Part shown: positions 21,198 to 30,953 of the stretch, one piece after another
How positions within the stretch are numbered: the first letter of the stretch is position 1
Layout: every line of letters begins with the position of its first letter
DNA from: Rubrivivax sp.
Lineage (GTDB): Bacteria; Pseudomonadota; Gammaproteobacteria; Burkholderiales; Burkholderiaceae_C
Direction: 5' to 3'
Assembly (NCBI GenBank): GCA_019635285.1
Contig: JAHBZS010000008.1
Coordinates: 80,557 to 144,556 of the forward strand
DNA length: 64,000 nt
The notes under the pieces: generated by a model
The model's input: only the letters and a program-made list of their open reading frames with translations
Told to the model about the DNA's origin: nothing
The model's database searches: none
Made by a program: the position numbers and the translations under genes

Positions 21198-22690
21198 CGC
21201 GGCGCGCTCGCGGCTTTGGCGGCGTCCCGGAGCATCTCCTGCAGCGCCGCCTGGTCGTTGTCGGTGCGGTCGTCGCGTTCGGTCATCGGGATCTCGACCT
21301 TGTCGAGGTCGATGGGTTTCTGCTTGTCCAGGAACACCGTCACCGACTGCGGCACGAAGATGACGATGACCACCAGCAGCAGCTGCAGCAGCACGAAGGG
21401 AATCGCGCCCATGTAGATGTCCTTGGACTCCACCTTGGTCGGCAGCGCGCCGTTCTTGTACAGCGTGTCCGAGATGCCCCGCAGGTAGAACAGCGCAAAG
21501 CCGAAGGGCGGATGCATGAAGCTGGTCTGCATGTTGACGCACAGCAGCACGCCGAACCAGATCAGGTCGATGCCCATCTTGTCGGCCACCGGCCCGAGCA
21601 GCGGCAGGATGATGAAGGCGATCTCGAAGAAGTCGAGGAAGAAGGCGAGGAAGAAGATGAAGATGTTGACGACGATGAGAAAGCCGATCTGCCCGCCCGG
21701 CAGCCCCGACAGCATGTGCTCGATCCACTTGCCGCCGTCCACGCCCTGGAACACCAGCGAAAACACGCGCGAGCCGATGAGGATGAACACCACCATCGCG
21801 GTGATGCGCATCGTGCCCGCCAGGCTGCCCACCAGCAGCGGCCAGGTCAGCCGGCGGTGCATGGCGGCCAGCACGAAGGCGCCGACCGCGCCCATCGCGC
21901 CGGCCTCGGTGGGCGTGCAGATGGCGGTGGTGATGCCGGGGATGCCGCCCATGCTGCCGAGCACGGCGAAGATCAGCACCGCCGAGGGGATGATGCCGCG
22001 CAGGCACTTGCGCCACAGCGCCCAGCCTTGCAGGGTGCGCGCCTCGGGCGGCAGCGCCGGCACGTGGGACGGCTTGAAGCGCGCGATCATGAAGGTGTAG
22101 ATCGCGAAGATCAGCACCTGCAGCACCGACGGGCCCCAGGCGCCCTTGTACATGTCGCCGACCGAGCGGCCGAGCTGGTCGGCCATGACCACCAGCACCA
22201 GCGACGGCGGCACCAGCTGCGTGATCGTGCCCGACGCCGCCAGGATGCCGGTGGCGTAGCGCATGTCGTAGCCGTAGCGCATCATCACCGGCAAGCTGAT
22301 CATCGCCATGGCGATCACCTGGCCGGCGACGGTGCCGGTGATCGCGCCGAGGATGAAGCCGACGACGATCACCGAATAGCCCAGGCCGCCGCGCATCGGG
22401 CCGAAGAGCTGGCCCATCGAATCGAGCAGGTCCTCGGCCAGCCCGCACTTCTCCAGGATGGCCCCCATCAGCGTGAAGAAGGGGATGGCCAGCAGCAGGT
22501 CGTTGGACAGGATGCCCAGCACGTTCAGCGGCAGGTTGCCCATGAACGCCGCCGGGAACAGGCCCATCTCGATGGCGATCAAGCCGCACAGCAGGCCCAG
22601 CGCCGACAGCGAGAAGGCCACCGGGAAGCCGATGAGCAGCGTCACCACCAGCCCGCCGAACATCAGCGGGGCAAAGGCCTCGGCGTTCAT
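21194..22690 (-). CDS. dctM: TRAP transporter large permease
   Basis: LLAIPFFTLMG, ASGTITQLVPPS, TPTEAGAMG, MHPPFGFALFYLRG. Confidence 0.92.
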   Translation of the reverse strand: MNAEAFAPLMFGGLVVTLLIGFPVAFSLSALGLLCGLIAIEMGLFPAAFMGNLPLNVLGILSNDLLLAIPFFTLMGAILEKCGLAEDLLDSMGQLFGPMRGGLGYSVIVVGFILGAITGTVAGQVIAMAMISLPVMMRYGYDMRYATGILAASGTITQLVPPSLVLVVMADQLGRSVGDMYKGAWGPSVLQVLIFAIYTFMIARFKPSHVPALPPEARTLQGWALWRKCLRGIIPSAVLIFAVLGSMGGIPGITTAICTPTEAGAMGAVGAFVLAAMHRRLTWPLLVGSLAGTMRITAMVVFILIGSRVFSLVFQGVDGGKWIEHMLSGLPGGQIGFLIVVNIFIFFLAFFLDFFEIAFIILPLLGPVADKMGIDLIWFGVLLCVNMQTSFMHPPFGFALFYLRGISDTLYKNGALPTKVESKDIYMGAIPFVLLQLLLVVIVIFVPQSVTVFLDKQKPIDLDKVEIPMTERDDRTDNDQAALQEMLRDAAKAASAPR

Positions 22691-22718
22691 CGCTGCCCCC
22701 GGGACGGCCACACGGCGC

Positions 22719-23258
22719 TCATTGCAGCGGCCTCTCGTAGTGGGTGTCCATGTCGTGGACGTGCATCAGCCAGCCGACGCGCTTGATGATCTCGGAGACG
22801 GCCTGCAGGATCAGCAGGCCCAGGCCCAGCGGGATGGTGGCCATCACCGGCCAGCGGATCAGCCCGCCGGCGTTGCTGGACATCTCGCCGCTGACATACA
22901 TCTTCACCAGGAACGGCACCGACAGCCAGGCGATGGTGCCCATCACCGGTAGCAGGAAGAAGATCAGGCCGAACAGGTCGACCAGCACCTTCATGCGCGT
23001 CGGGTACATGCCGTAGAGCACGTCGACGCGCACATGCTCGTTGACGCGCAGCACCTGCGCCGCACCGAACATCACGCAGCCGGCGAACAGGTACCACTGG
23101 ATCTCCAGCATGGCGTTCGAGCCGATGTTCAGCGCATAGCGCACGAAGGCATTGCCGGCGCTGATCAAACAGGCGGCCAGCACCGCCCACTTGGCCACGT
23201 CGCCGAACCGGTCGGACAGCCAGTCGATGCGGCGGGCCAGGTTGAGCAGGCTGTTCAT
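22719..23258 (-). CDS. dctQ: TRAP transporter small permease
   Basis: LEIQWYLFAG, NEHVRVDVLY, MSSNAGGLIRWP; four TM helices. Confidence 0.9.
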   Translation of the reverse strand: MNSLLNLARRIDWLSDRFGDVAKWAVLAACLISAGNAFVRYALNIGSNAMLEIQWYLFAGCVMFGAAQVLRVNEHVRVDVLYGMYPTRMKVLVDLFGLIFFLLPVMGTIAWLSVPFLVKMYVSGEMSSNAGGLIRWPVMATIPLGLGLLILQAVSEIIKRVGWLMHVHDMDTHYERPLQ

Positions 23259-23478
23259 CGGAGTGCGTCGGGAGTGCGGGCGGAGGGGTCAGCCGTGGCC
23301 GCCGGACGCCACGCGCCGGGCGCGAAGCCCAGCGAATCTGAACAGGGCGCAACTATGCCGTGGCGCCAGGGAAAAACCTTGGTGGAAAACCACTAGCAAT
23401 GGGATCCGGCGCCGCCGACGCAGGCCGGCGTTCGGCCGCCGCGCTGGGGCGCAGGTCTCAGGATGAGATAGTTGCGGC

Positions 23479-24840
23479 ATGCCCCCCGAGACCGCCCGCG
23501 CACCGGACCCGGTGCCCCGTGCCGAGGCCTTTCGCTTCTGGCTGAAGCTGGGCTTCATCAGCTTCGGCGGGCCGGCCGGGCAGATTGCCATCATGCACGA
23601 GGAGCTGGTCGAGCGGCGGCGCTGGATCTCCGAGAACCGCTTCCTGCACGCGCTCAACTACTGCATGGTGCTGCCGGGGCCCGAGGCGCAGCAGCTGGCC
23701 ACCTACATCGGCTGGCTGATGCACCGCAGCTGGGGCGGCATCGTCGCGGGGGGCTTGTTCGTGCTGCCGTCGCTGTTCATCCTGGTGGCGCTGTCCTGGG
23801 TGTACATGGCCTACGGCCACGTGCCGGTCATCGCCGGGGTGTTCTACGGCATCAAGCCGGCCGTGACCGCGCTGGTGGTGCACGCCGCCTATCGCGTGGG
23901 CTCCCGCACGCTGAAGAACGCCTGGCTGTGGGGCATCGCGGCCGGCGCCTTCCTGGCCATCTTTGCGCTCGGGCTGCCCTTTCCGCTGATCGTGCTGATC
24001 GCCGGCCTGCTCGGCTACGTCGGCGGCAAGATCGCGCCTGACCGGTTCAAGGCGGGCGGCGGGCACGGCGCCGCCAGCAAAGACTACGGCCCGGCGCTCA
24101 TCGGCGACCATACGCCGACGCCTGCGCACGCACGCTTCACCTGGGCCCGGTGCTGGGCCGTGCTGGGCTTCTGCACCGCGCTGTGGGCCGCGGCGCTGGG
24201 CGGCCTGGCCGCGCTCTACGGCTGGCAGGGTGTGCTCACGCAGATGGGCTGGTTCTTCACCAAGGCGGCGCTGCTCACCTTCGGCGGCGCCTATGCGGTG
24301 CTGCCCTACGTCTACCAGGGCGCGGTCGAGCAGCACCAGTGGCTCAGCGCGTCGCAGATGATCGACGGCCTGGCGCTCGGCGAAACCACGCCCGGGCCGC
24401 TGATCATGGTGGTGGCCTTCGTCGGCTTCGTCGGCGGCTGGACCCAAGCCCTCTTCGGCGGCGACGCGCTGTTCCTGGCCGGGGCGGCGGCGGCCACGGT
24501 GGTGACCTTCTTCACCTTTCTGCCGTCGTTCCTGTTCATCCTGCTGGGCGGCCCCTTCATCGAGTCGACGCACGGCAACCTGAGGTTCACTGCGCCGCTC
24601 ACCGGCATCACCGCGGCCGTGGTCGGCGTGATCGTCAACCTGGCGGTGTTCTTCGCCTACCACGTGCTCTGGCCGCAAGGGCTGGGCGGGCCCTTCGACG
24701 CCGCCAGCGCCGTCATCGGCCTGGCGGCGGCGTTGGCGCTGTTCCGCTTCAAATGGGGCGTGATCCCCCTCGTGCTCGGCTCGGGCGTCGCCGGTTTGGC
24801 CGTGCAACTCGGCCGGGCCGCGCTGCAGGCGGGTGGTTGA
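23479..24840 (+). CDS. chrA: Chromate ion transporter (long-chain CHR family)
   Basis: Two homologous halves: KLGFISFGGPAG..LPGPEAQQ and FGGAYAV..TTPGPLIM. Confidence 0.9.
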   Translation: MPPETARAPDPVPRAEAFRFWLKLGFISFGGPAGQIAIMHEELVERRRWISENRFLHALNYCMVLPGPEAQQLATYIGWLMHRSWGGIVAGGLFVLPSLFILVALSWVYMAYGHVPVIAGVFYGIKPAVTALVVHAAYRVGSRTLKNAWLWGIAAGAFLAIFALGLPFPLIVLIAGLLGYVGGKIAPDRFKAGGGHGAASKDYGPALIGDHTPTPAHARFTWARCWAVLGFCTALWAAALGGLAALYGWQGVLTQMGWFFTKAALLTFGGAYAVLPYVYQGAVEQHQWLSASQMIDGLALGETTPGPLIMVVAFVGFVGGWTQALFGGDALFLAGAAAATVVTFFTFLPSFLFILLGGPFIESTHGNLRFTAPLTGITAAVVGVIVNLAVFFAYHVLWPQGLGGPFDAASAVIGLAAALALFRFKWGVIPLVLGSGVAGLAVQLGRAALQAGG

Positions 24841-25003
24841 GGGTCGGCCATGCGCCGATGCGGCCGGCGCCGCCAGCGACGAACGCCAACATGCCATGCA
24901 CGCTGGGACGGCGTGCCGCCGCGGCAGTCGAGGCAGCGGTGGCTGGGCTGCGTGCGGTGAGCGCGGGCCCTGGGGCGGCGCATGCGCTATCGTAGACCGC
25001 ACG

Positions 25004-25465
25004 ATGAGCGACGACATCCACACGTTGCGCCGCATCCTGCGCGACTGCCGCACGATCGCCATCGTCGGCCTGTCCGCCGACTGGCACCGGCCCAGCAACT
25101 TCGTCGGCAAGTACCTGCAGCAGCACGGCTACCGCATCGTGCCGGTCAATCCACGCTACGAGCGCATCCTGGGCGAACGCAGCTATGCCAGGCTGCAGGA
25201 CATTCCGCACCCGGTGGACATGGTCGACGTGTTCCGCCGCACCGAGGACGTGCTGCCCTTCGCGCAGGGCGCCGTGGCCCTGGGCGCCAAATGTCTGTGG
25301 CAGCAGATCGGCGTGGTCAACCGCGAGGCCGACGCACTGGCACGTGCCGCCGGGCTGGACACGGTGATGGACCGCTGCGTGAAGATCGAACACGCGCGGC
25401 TGTTCGGCGGGCTGCACTGGGCGGGCGTGAACACGCGGGTCATCTCGGCGAGAAGGCCTCTCTGA
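25004..25465 (+). CDS. CoA-binding protein (YccU-like)
   Basis: TIAIVGLS..RPSNFVGKYLQQHGYRIVPVNP, DMVDVFRR, WQQIG, MDRCVKIEH. ATG at 25004. Confidence 0.88.
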   Translation: MSDDIHTLRRILRDCRTIAIVGLSADWHRPSNFVGKYLQQHGYRIVPVNPRYERILGERSYARLQDIPHPVDMVDVFRRTEDVLPFAQGAVALGAKCLWQQIGVVNREADALARAAGLDTVMDRCVKIEHARLFGGLHWAGVNTRVISARRPL

Positions 25466-25466
25466 C

Positions 25467-26768
25467 ATGGCGGACCGCCAATTCCAGCCCGAGACGCTGG
25501 CCATCCACGCGGGGCAGATTCCCGATGCGGCCACCGGCGCGCGCGCGCTGCCGATCTACCAGACCACCAGCTTCGTCTTCGACAGCGCCGACCATGCGGC
25601 CAGCCTGTTCAACCTGCAGACCTTCGGCAATGTCTACTCCAGGCTGAGCAACCCCACGGTCGCGGCGCTGGAGGAACGTGTCGCCGCGTTGGAAGGCGGC
25701 CGCGCGGCGCTGGCCAGCGCCAGCGGCATGGCCGCCGAGGCGATGGCGCTGATGACCATCCTGCAACACGGCGACCACGTGGTCGCGGCCGGTGCGCTGT
25801 ACGGCGGCTCGGTGTCGATGCTGTCGGTGAACCTGGCCAAGTTCGGCATCGAAACCAGCTTCGTCGATGCCACGCGGCCCGAGGCCTTTGCCGCCGCCAT
25901 CCGGCCGAACACGCGCGCGCTCTTCGCCGAAAGCCTGGGCAACCCCAGCATGCTGCTGCTGGACCTCGCCGCGGTGGCCGACGTGGCGCATGCGCACGGG
26001 CTGCCGCTGGTCATCGACAACACCGTGCCGTCGCCGTACTTGTGCAACCCCATCGCCTTCGGTGCCGACATCGTGGTGCATTCGGCCACCAAGTACCTGG
26101 CGGGCCACGGCACCACGCTGGGCGGCGTGATGGTCGAGAGCGGCAAGTTCCCCTGGGACAACGGCAAGTTCCCCGGCATGACCGAGCCGTCGCCGGGTTA
26201 CCACGGCGTCAAGTTCTACGAGACCTTCGGCGACTTCGGCTTCTGCATGCGCGCGCGCATGGAAACGCTGCGTGTCTACGGCGCGGCCCTGTCGCCGATG
26301 AGCGCCTGGCAGATCCTGCAGGGCGTGGAGACGCTGCCGCTGCGCATGGAGCGGCACAGCCGCAATGCGCTGGCCGTCGCGCGCTTTTTGCAGCGGCACC
26401 CGCGCGTCAGCTGGGTCAACTACCCCGGGCTGCCCGACCATCCGCAGCATGCGCTGCTGCGCAAGCAGATGCGTGCGCTGGACGGCGAGCCGATGGCCTC
26501 CGGCCTGCTGGCCTTCGGCGTGAAGGGCGGCGCGCCCGCCGGCGAGAGGTTCATCGAAGGCGCGCAGTTCATGAGCCACCTGGTGAACATCGGCGATACG
26601 CGCACGCTGATCAGCCACCCGGCCACCACCACGCACCGCCAGCTCGACGAGGCGCAACAGCGCGCGGCCGGCGTGCTGCCCGACATGGTGCGCATCTCGG
26701 TGGGGCTGGAGCACATCGACGACATCCTCTGGGACATCGACCAGGCGCTGGCCGGCGCGAGCCCCTAG
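25467..26768 (+). CDS. metY: O-acetylhomoserine aminocarboxypropyltransferase / cysteine synthase family protein
   Basis: PIYQTTSF, YSRLSNPT, HSATKYLAGHG (PLP lysine), NIGDTRTLISHPATTTH. Confidence 0.85.
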   Translation: MADRQFQPETLAIHAGQIPDAATGARALPIYQTTSFVFDSADHAASLFNLQTFGNVYSRLSNPTVAALEERVAALEGGRAALASASGMAAEAMALMTILQHGDHVVAAGALYGGSVSMLSVNLAKFGIETSFVDATRPEAFAAAIRPNTRALFAESLGNPSMLLLDLAAVADVAHAHGLPLVIDNTVPSPYLCNPIAFGADIVVHSATKYLAGHGTTLGGVMVESGKFPWDNGKFPGMTEPSPGYHGVKFYETFGDFGFCMRARMETLRVYGAALSPMSAWQILQGVETLPLRMERHSRNALAVARFLQRHPRVSWVNYPGLPDHPQHALLRKQMRALDGEPMASGLLAFGVKGGAPAGERFIEGAQFMSHLVNIGDTRTLISHPATTTHRQLDEAQQRAAGVLPDMVRISVGLEHIDDILWDIDQALAGASP

Positions 26769-26828
26769 TCCCCCGCGGGCGCGGCGGCGGGGTCGCGTGC
26801 GATGCCGCGTGCGGCGAGGGCCGATTTT

Positions 26829-26834
26829 TATACT
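26829..26834 (+). promoter_or_regulatory. Sigma70 -10 hexamer TATACT, 6 nt before the nnrS ATG (likely leaderless transcript)
   Basis: TATACT-gcgccg-ATG(26841) with no Shine-Dalgarno sequence. Confidence 0.5.
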
Positions 26835-26840
26835 GCGCCG

Positions 26841-28109
26841 ATGCGCCGCGCACCGACCGTCGAAGCGAGCCACGCCGGCGGACCTTGGCGCGCGTCGATG
26901 TTGCTGTCCGCACCGCATCGGCTGTGCTTCTTCTGGGCCGGCGTGCAGTGGGCGCTGTCGGCGCTGTGGTGGGCGGCGTTTGTGCTGGCGCAGGCGCTGG
27001 GCTTTGCCTGGCCCTGGCAGCTCAGCCCGTCGGTGGCGCACGGCCTGTGGTTCGGCCTGGGCGCGATGCCACTGTTCATCGCCGGGTTCTTTTTCACCGC
27101 CGGCCCGAAGTGGCTGCGCCGCCCGCCGGTGGACGCGCGCGGGCTGCGCGCCGCGGTGGCGTCGTTCACCTTGGGCTGGGTGCTGGCGGTGGCCGGCGTG
27201 CACGTCGACCTGCGGCTGGCGGCGGCCGGGCTGGGGCTGGCGGGCCTGGGTCTGGGCCTGCTGGCCGGGCGCGCGCTGCGACTGGTGGCCGGCCGCACGC
27301 AGCGCGAGCGGCTGCATGCCGGGGTGATTGCCGCCGCCCTCGTCGTGATGGCGGCGTGCCTCGCCGGGTCGTCGCTGGCGTTGGCATGGCAGCGACCGCA
27401 GGCGTTGCCGGTGCTGCTGCGGCTGGGCCTGTGGTGGGGCGTGGTTGTCGTGTTCCTGGCGGCGTCGCAGCGTTTGCTGCCGTTCTTCGGCGCCGGCGCC
27501 TGGGTCTGGCTGGACCGGCGCTGGCCCGACTGGCCGCTGTGGCTGCTGGCGTCGGTGCCGCTGGTGCACGGCGCCGTGGCCGCCTCGGGGGTCGGCGGCT
27601 CGCTGGCCGCACGCGCCTTGCTGGCCGCTCATCTGGCGCTGGTGGCGGCCGTCAGCCTGCGTCTGTCGCTGCGCTGGTGGGGCGAGCCTGCGCTGCGGCA
27701 AGGCCTCGTGCGCATGCTGTTCGTCGCGCTGCTGTGGTGGGACGCCGCGCTGTGCCTGGGCGCGGCCGCCTGGTGGCCCGGTCTGGCGCCGAGCATCGCG
27801 TCGCGCCTGGGCGCTGCCGCGCTGCATGCGCTGACGCTGGGCTACCTGGGCGGCACGATGCTGGCGATGGTCACGCGCGTCAGCGCCACGCACAGCGGCC
27901 GTGCGCGTGCCATCGACGGCGTGGCGCGCGTGCTGCACGCGCTGCTGCAGACCGCGGTGCTGGCGCGCGTCGCGGCGGCGCTGTGGCCCGCGTCGGCATG
28001 GCTGCTGCTGCCGCTGGCCGCGCTGGCCTGGCTGGCCGTGGCGCTGAGCTGGGCGTTGCGCCACGGCCGCTGGCTGGGGCAGCCCAGGGTGGACGGCCGC
28101 CCCGGCTGA
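26841..28109 (+). CDS. nnrS: NnrS-family membrane protein
   Basis: SAPHRLCFF near the N-terminus and ALHALTLGYLGGTMLAMVTRVSATHSGR; highly hydrophobic. Confidence 0.75.
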   Translation: MRRAPTVEASHAGGPWRASMLLSAPHRLCFFWAGVQWALSALWWAAFVLAQALGFAWPWQLSPSVAHGLWFGLGAMPLFIAGFFFTAGPKWLRRPPVDARGLRAAVASFTLGWVLAVAGVHVDLRLAAAGLGLAGLGLGLLAGRALRLVAGRTQRERLHAGVIAAALVVMAACLAGSSLALAWQRPQALPVLLRLGLWWGVVVVFLAASQRLLPFFGAGAWVWLDRRWPDWPLWLLASVPLVHGAVAASGVGGSLAARALLAAHLALVAAVSLRLSLRWWGEPALRQGLVRMLFVALLWWDAALCLGAAAWWPGLAPSIASRLGAAALHALTLGYLGGTMLAMVTRVSATHSGRARAIDGVARVLHALLQTAVLARVAAALWPASAWLLLPLAALAWLAVALSWALRHGRWLGQPRVDGRPG

Positions 28110-28192
28110 GTGCAGGCGGCTGAGCCGGCCCAGCAGCGGCGGGGCGCTTCCGCCAGAATCCCGCATCCGTGCCCGTCCCTGCAGGTGCCTCG

Positions 28193-29230
28193 ATGAGCTT
28201 CCTGTGGCCCCAGAACCTGTGGTTGCTGCTGGCGCTGCCGTGGCTGCCGCTGCTGTACCTGTGGCTGCTGCGCCGGCGCGGCAAGCCGGTGCTGCGGGTC
28301 AGCAGCGTGGGGCCGCTGCGTCGCGCGGCCAGCCGGCAGTGGCGGCGGCACGTGCCGCCGCTGCTGTACTTGCTGGCCTTCGCCGCGCTGCTGCTGGGCA
28401 TGGCGCGGCCGGTGGCGCCGGTGAAGCTGCCTTGGGCGCGGACCACCGTCCTGCTGGCCATGGACGTGTCGCTGAGCATGCGCGTGCGCGACGTGGAGCC
28501 GACGCGCATGGTGGCGGCGCAGGCGGCGGCGCACAGCTTCCTGAACGAGCTGCCCAAGAACATCGACGTCGGGCTGGTCACCTTTGCCGGCAGCGCCCAG
28601 GTGGCGCAGCAAGCGACGCTGGACCGGCTGTCGGTCACGGCGGCCATCGACGCCATCCAGATGCAGATGGGCACCGCCGTGGGCAGCGCCATCGTGCTGT
28701 GCCTGGCGGAGCTGTTCCCGGACCACGACATCGACCTGACCGAGATGAACTTCGGCCCGCGCAGCCAGGCGCGCAGCCTGGACGACAAGGACAAGCTGCC
28801 GCCGAAGCCCTTCACGCCGGTGGCGCCGGGTTCCTACGATGCGGCCGCGATCATCCTGCTGACCGACGGCCGCCGCACCACCGGCGTGGACACGCTGCAG
28901 GCCGCCAGGATGGCGGCCGAGCGCGGCGTGCGCATCCACGTCGTCGGCCTGGGCACCACCGACGGCCATCTGGCGCAGGGCGAGGGCGGCATGGCCATCT
29001 ACCTGCAGCTGGACGAACCGACACTGCGCGAAGTGGCGCGCTTGACTGGCGGCGAGTACCACCATGCCGCCACCGCAGAGGTGCTGCGCAGCGTCTATCA
29101 GTCGCTGGGCTCGCGCATGCAGGTGCAGACGCGCGATACCGAGCTGACGGCGCTGATGGCCGGTGTGGCGGCGCTGCTCATCGTGGCCGGGGCGTCGTTG
29201 TCGCTGCTCTGGTTCGGCCGCATCGGCTGA
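28193..29230 (+). CDS. VWA-domain membrane protein (BatA-like N-terminus)
   Basis: N-terminal FLWP..LWLLL helix, MIDAS motif DVSLSM..GTAVG..LLTDG, C-terminal TM helix. Confidence 0.88.
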   Translation: MSFLWPQNLWLLLALPWLPLLYLWLLRRRGKPVLRVSSVGPLRRAASRQWRRHVPPLLYLLAFAALLLGMARPVAPVKLPWARTTVLLAMDVSLSMRVRDVEPTRMVAAQAAAHSFLNELPKNIDVGLVTFAGSAQVAQQATLDRLSVTAAIDAIQMQMGTAVGSAIVLCLAELFPDHDIDLTEMNFGPRSQARSLDDKDKLPPKPFTPVAPGSYDAAAIILLTDGRRTTGVDTLQAARMAAERGVRIHVVGLGTTDGHLAQGEGGMAIYLQLDEPTLREVARLTGGEYHHAATAEVLRSVYQSLGSRMQVQTRDTELTALMAGVAALLIVAGASLSLLWFGRIG

Positions 29231-29295
29231 AGCCCAGGCCGCCGCCCCTGCGTGGGCTGGGGGCTAACATCGGCCGCCATCGGCAAGGAGCGACG

Positions 29296-30942
29296 ATGAA
29301 CATCTACGACCAGCATCTGGACAAGAACGCGGCCAACTTCGTGGCCCTGAGCCCGGTGAGCTTCGTCGAGCGCAGCGCCGAGGTCTTCGGCGACCTGCCG
29401 GCGGTGATCCACGGCGCGCGCCGCTACAGCTGGGCCACGGTGCGCGAACGGTCGGCGCGCCTGGCTGCGGCACTGCGGGCCCTGGGTGTGGCGCGCGGCA
29501 GCACGGTCAGCGCGATGCTGCCCAACACGCCGGAGATGGTCGAGGCGCACTATGCGGTGCCGGCGCTGAACGCGGTGCTGAACACGCTGAACACGCGGCT
29601 CGATGCCCCGCTGCTGGCCTGGCAGATGAACCACTGCGAAGCGGCGGTGCTGATCACCGACCGCGAATACGCGCCGGTGATGGCCGAGGCCCTGCGCATC
29701 CTGAAGCGCGAACACGGCCGCGAGCCGGTGGTCATCGATGTCTGCGACAGCGAATACAGCGGCCCGGGCGAGCGCCTGGGCGCCCACGAATACGAGGCGC
29801 TGCTGGCCGCGCACGAGCCGCTGGCCCGGCTGGAAGGCCCGGCCGACGAATGGGACGCCATTGCCGTGAGCTACACCAGCGGCACCACCGGCGACCCCAA
29901 AGGCGTGGTCACCCACCACCGCGGCGCGTACCTGAACGCGGTGAGCAACGCCGCCACCTGGACCATGCCGCACTTCCCGAAGTACCTGTGGACCTTGCCG
30001 ATGTTCCACTGCAACGGCTGGTGCTTCCCGTGGACGGTGGCCATGCTCGGCGGCACGCACATCTGCCTGCGCCGCGTGGAGGCGGCGCCGATCCTGGCGG
30101 CGATGCGCGAGCACGGGGCGGACCACTACTGTGCCGCGCCGATCGTGCACAACCTGCTGATCAATGCGCCGGCGCCCCTGCGCGAAGGCATCACGCAGCA
30201 GGTGCGCGGCATGGTGGCCGGCGCCGCGCCGCCGGCGGCGATGATCGAAGGCATGGCCCGGCTGGGCTTCGACATCACCCACGTCTACGGCCTGACCGAG
30301 GTCTATGGCCCGGCGTCGGTGGCGGTGAAGCGCCCGCACTGGGCCGCGCAGAGCCTGTCTGAGCAGGCGCGCCTGAACGGCCGCCAGGGCGTGCGCTACG
30401 CGCTGCAGGAAGGCATGACGGTGCTCGACCCCGAGACCCTGGTCGAGGTGTCGGCCGATGGCGAGACGATGGGCGAGATCATGTTCCGCGGCAACATCGT
30501 CATGAAGGGTTACCTGAAGAACCCGGCGTCCACCGACAAGGCCTTCGCCGGCGGCTGGTTCCATACCGGCGACCTGGCGGTGCTGGAGAGCGACCGCTAC
30601 GTGAAGATCAAGGACCGCAGCAAGGACATCATCATCAGCGGCGGCGAGAACATCAGCTCGATCGAGGTGGAGGACGCGCTGTACCGCCACCCGGCGGTGA
30701 TGGCCTGCGCGGTGGTGGCGCGGCCCGACCCGAAGTGGGGCGAGTCGCCGGTGGCCTATGTGGAGACCAAGGCCGATGCCACCGTGACGGCGGCCGAACT
30801 GATCGCCCACTGCAAGGGCCTGCTCGCCGGCTACAAGGTGCCCAAGGAGATCCGCTTCGAGCCGATCCCCAAGACCAGCACCGGCAAGATCCAGAAGTTC
30901 CAGCTGCGCGAGCGGGCGAAGAGCGCGAGCGCGATCGAGTAG
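29296..30942 (+). CDS. Acyl-CoA synthetase (AMP-forming)
   Basis: YTSGTTGDPKG, YGLTE, WFHTGDL, DRSKDIIISGGENISS, PKTSTGKIQK. Confidence 0.93.
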   Translation: MNIYDQHLDKNAANFVALSPVSFVERSAEVFGDLPAVIHGARRYSWATVRERSARLAAALRALGVARGSTVSAMLPNTPEMVEAHYAVPALNAVLNTLNTRLDAPLLAWQMNHCEAAVLITDREYAPVMAEALRILKREHGREPVVIDVCDSEYSGPGERLGAHEYEALLAAHEPLARLEGPADEWDAIAVSYTSGTTGDPKGVVTHHRGAYLNAVSNAATWTMPHFPKYLWTLPMFHCNGWCFPWTVAMLGGTHICLRRVEAAPILAAMREHGADHYCAAPIVHNLLINAPAPLREGITQQVRGMVAGAAPPAAMIEGMARLGFDITHVYGLTEVYGPASVAVKRPHWAAQSLSEQARLNGRQGVRYALQEGMTVLDPETLVEVSADGETMGEIMFRGNIVMKGYLKNPASTDKAFAGGWFHTGDLAVLESDRYVKIKDRSKDIIISGGENISSIEVEDALYRHPAVMACAVVARPDPKWGESPVAYVETKADATVTAAELIAHCKGLLAGYKVPKEIRFEPIPKTSTGKIQKFQLRERAKSASAIE

Positions 30943-30953
30943 GGAGACGACGT

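Noticed and set aside
23479-24840. Chromate-resistance island
   Set aside because: No chrB/C/F and no mobility genes. Lone CHR transporters are common housekeeping genes.
26770-26840. FNR/NnrR or NsrR site upstream of nnrS
   Set aside because: No TTGAT-N4-ATCAA-like or AT-rich inverted repeat is visible.
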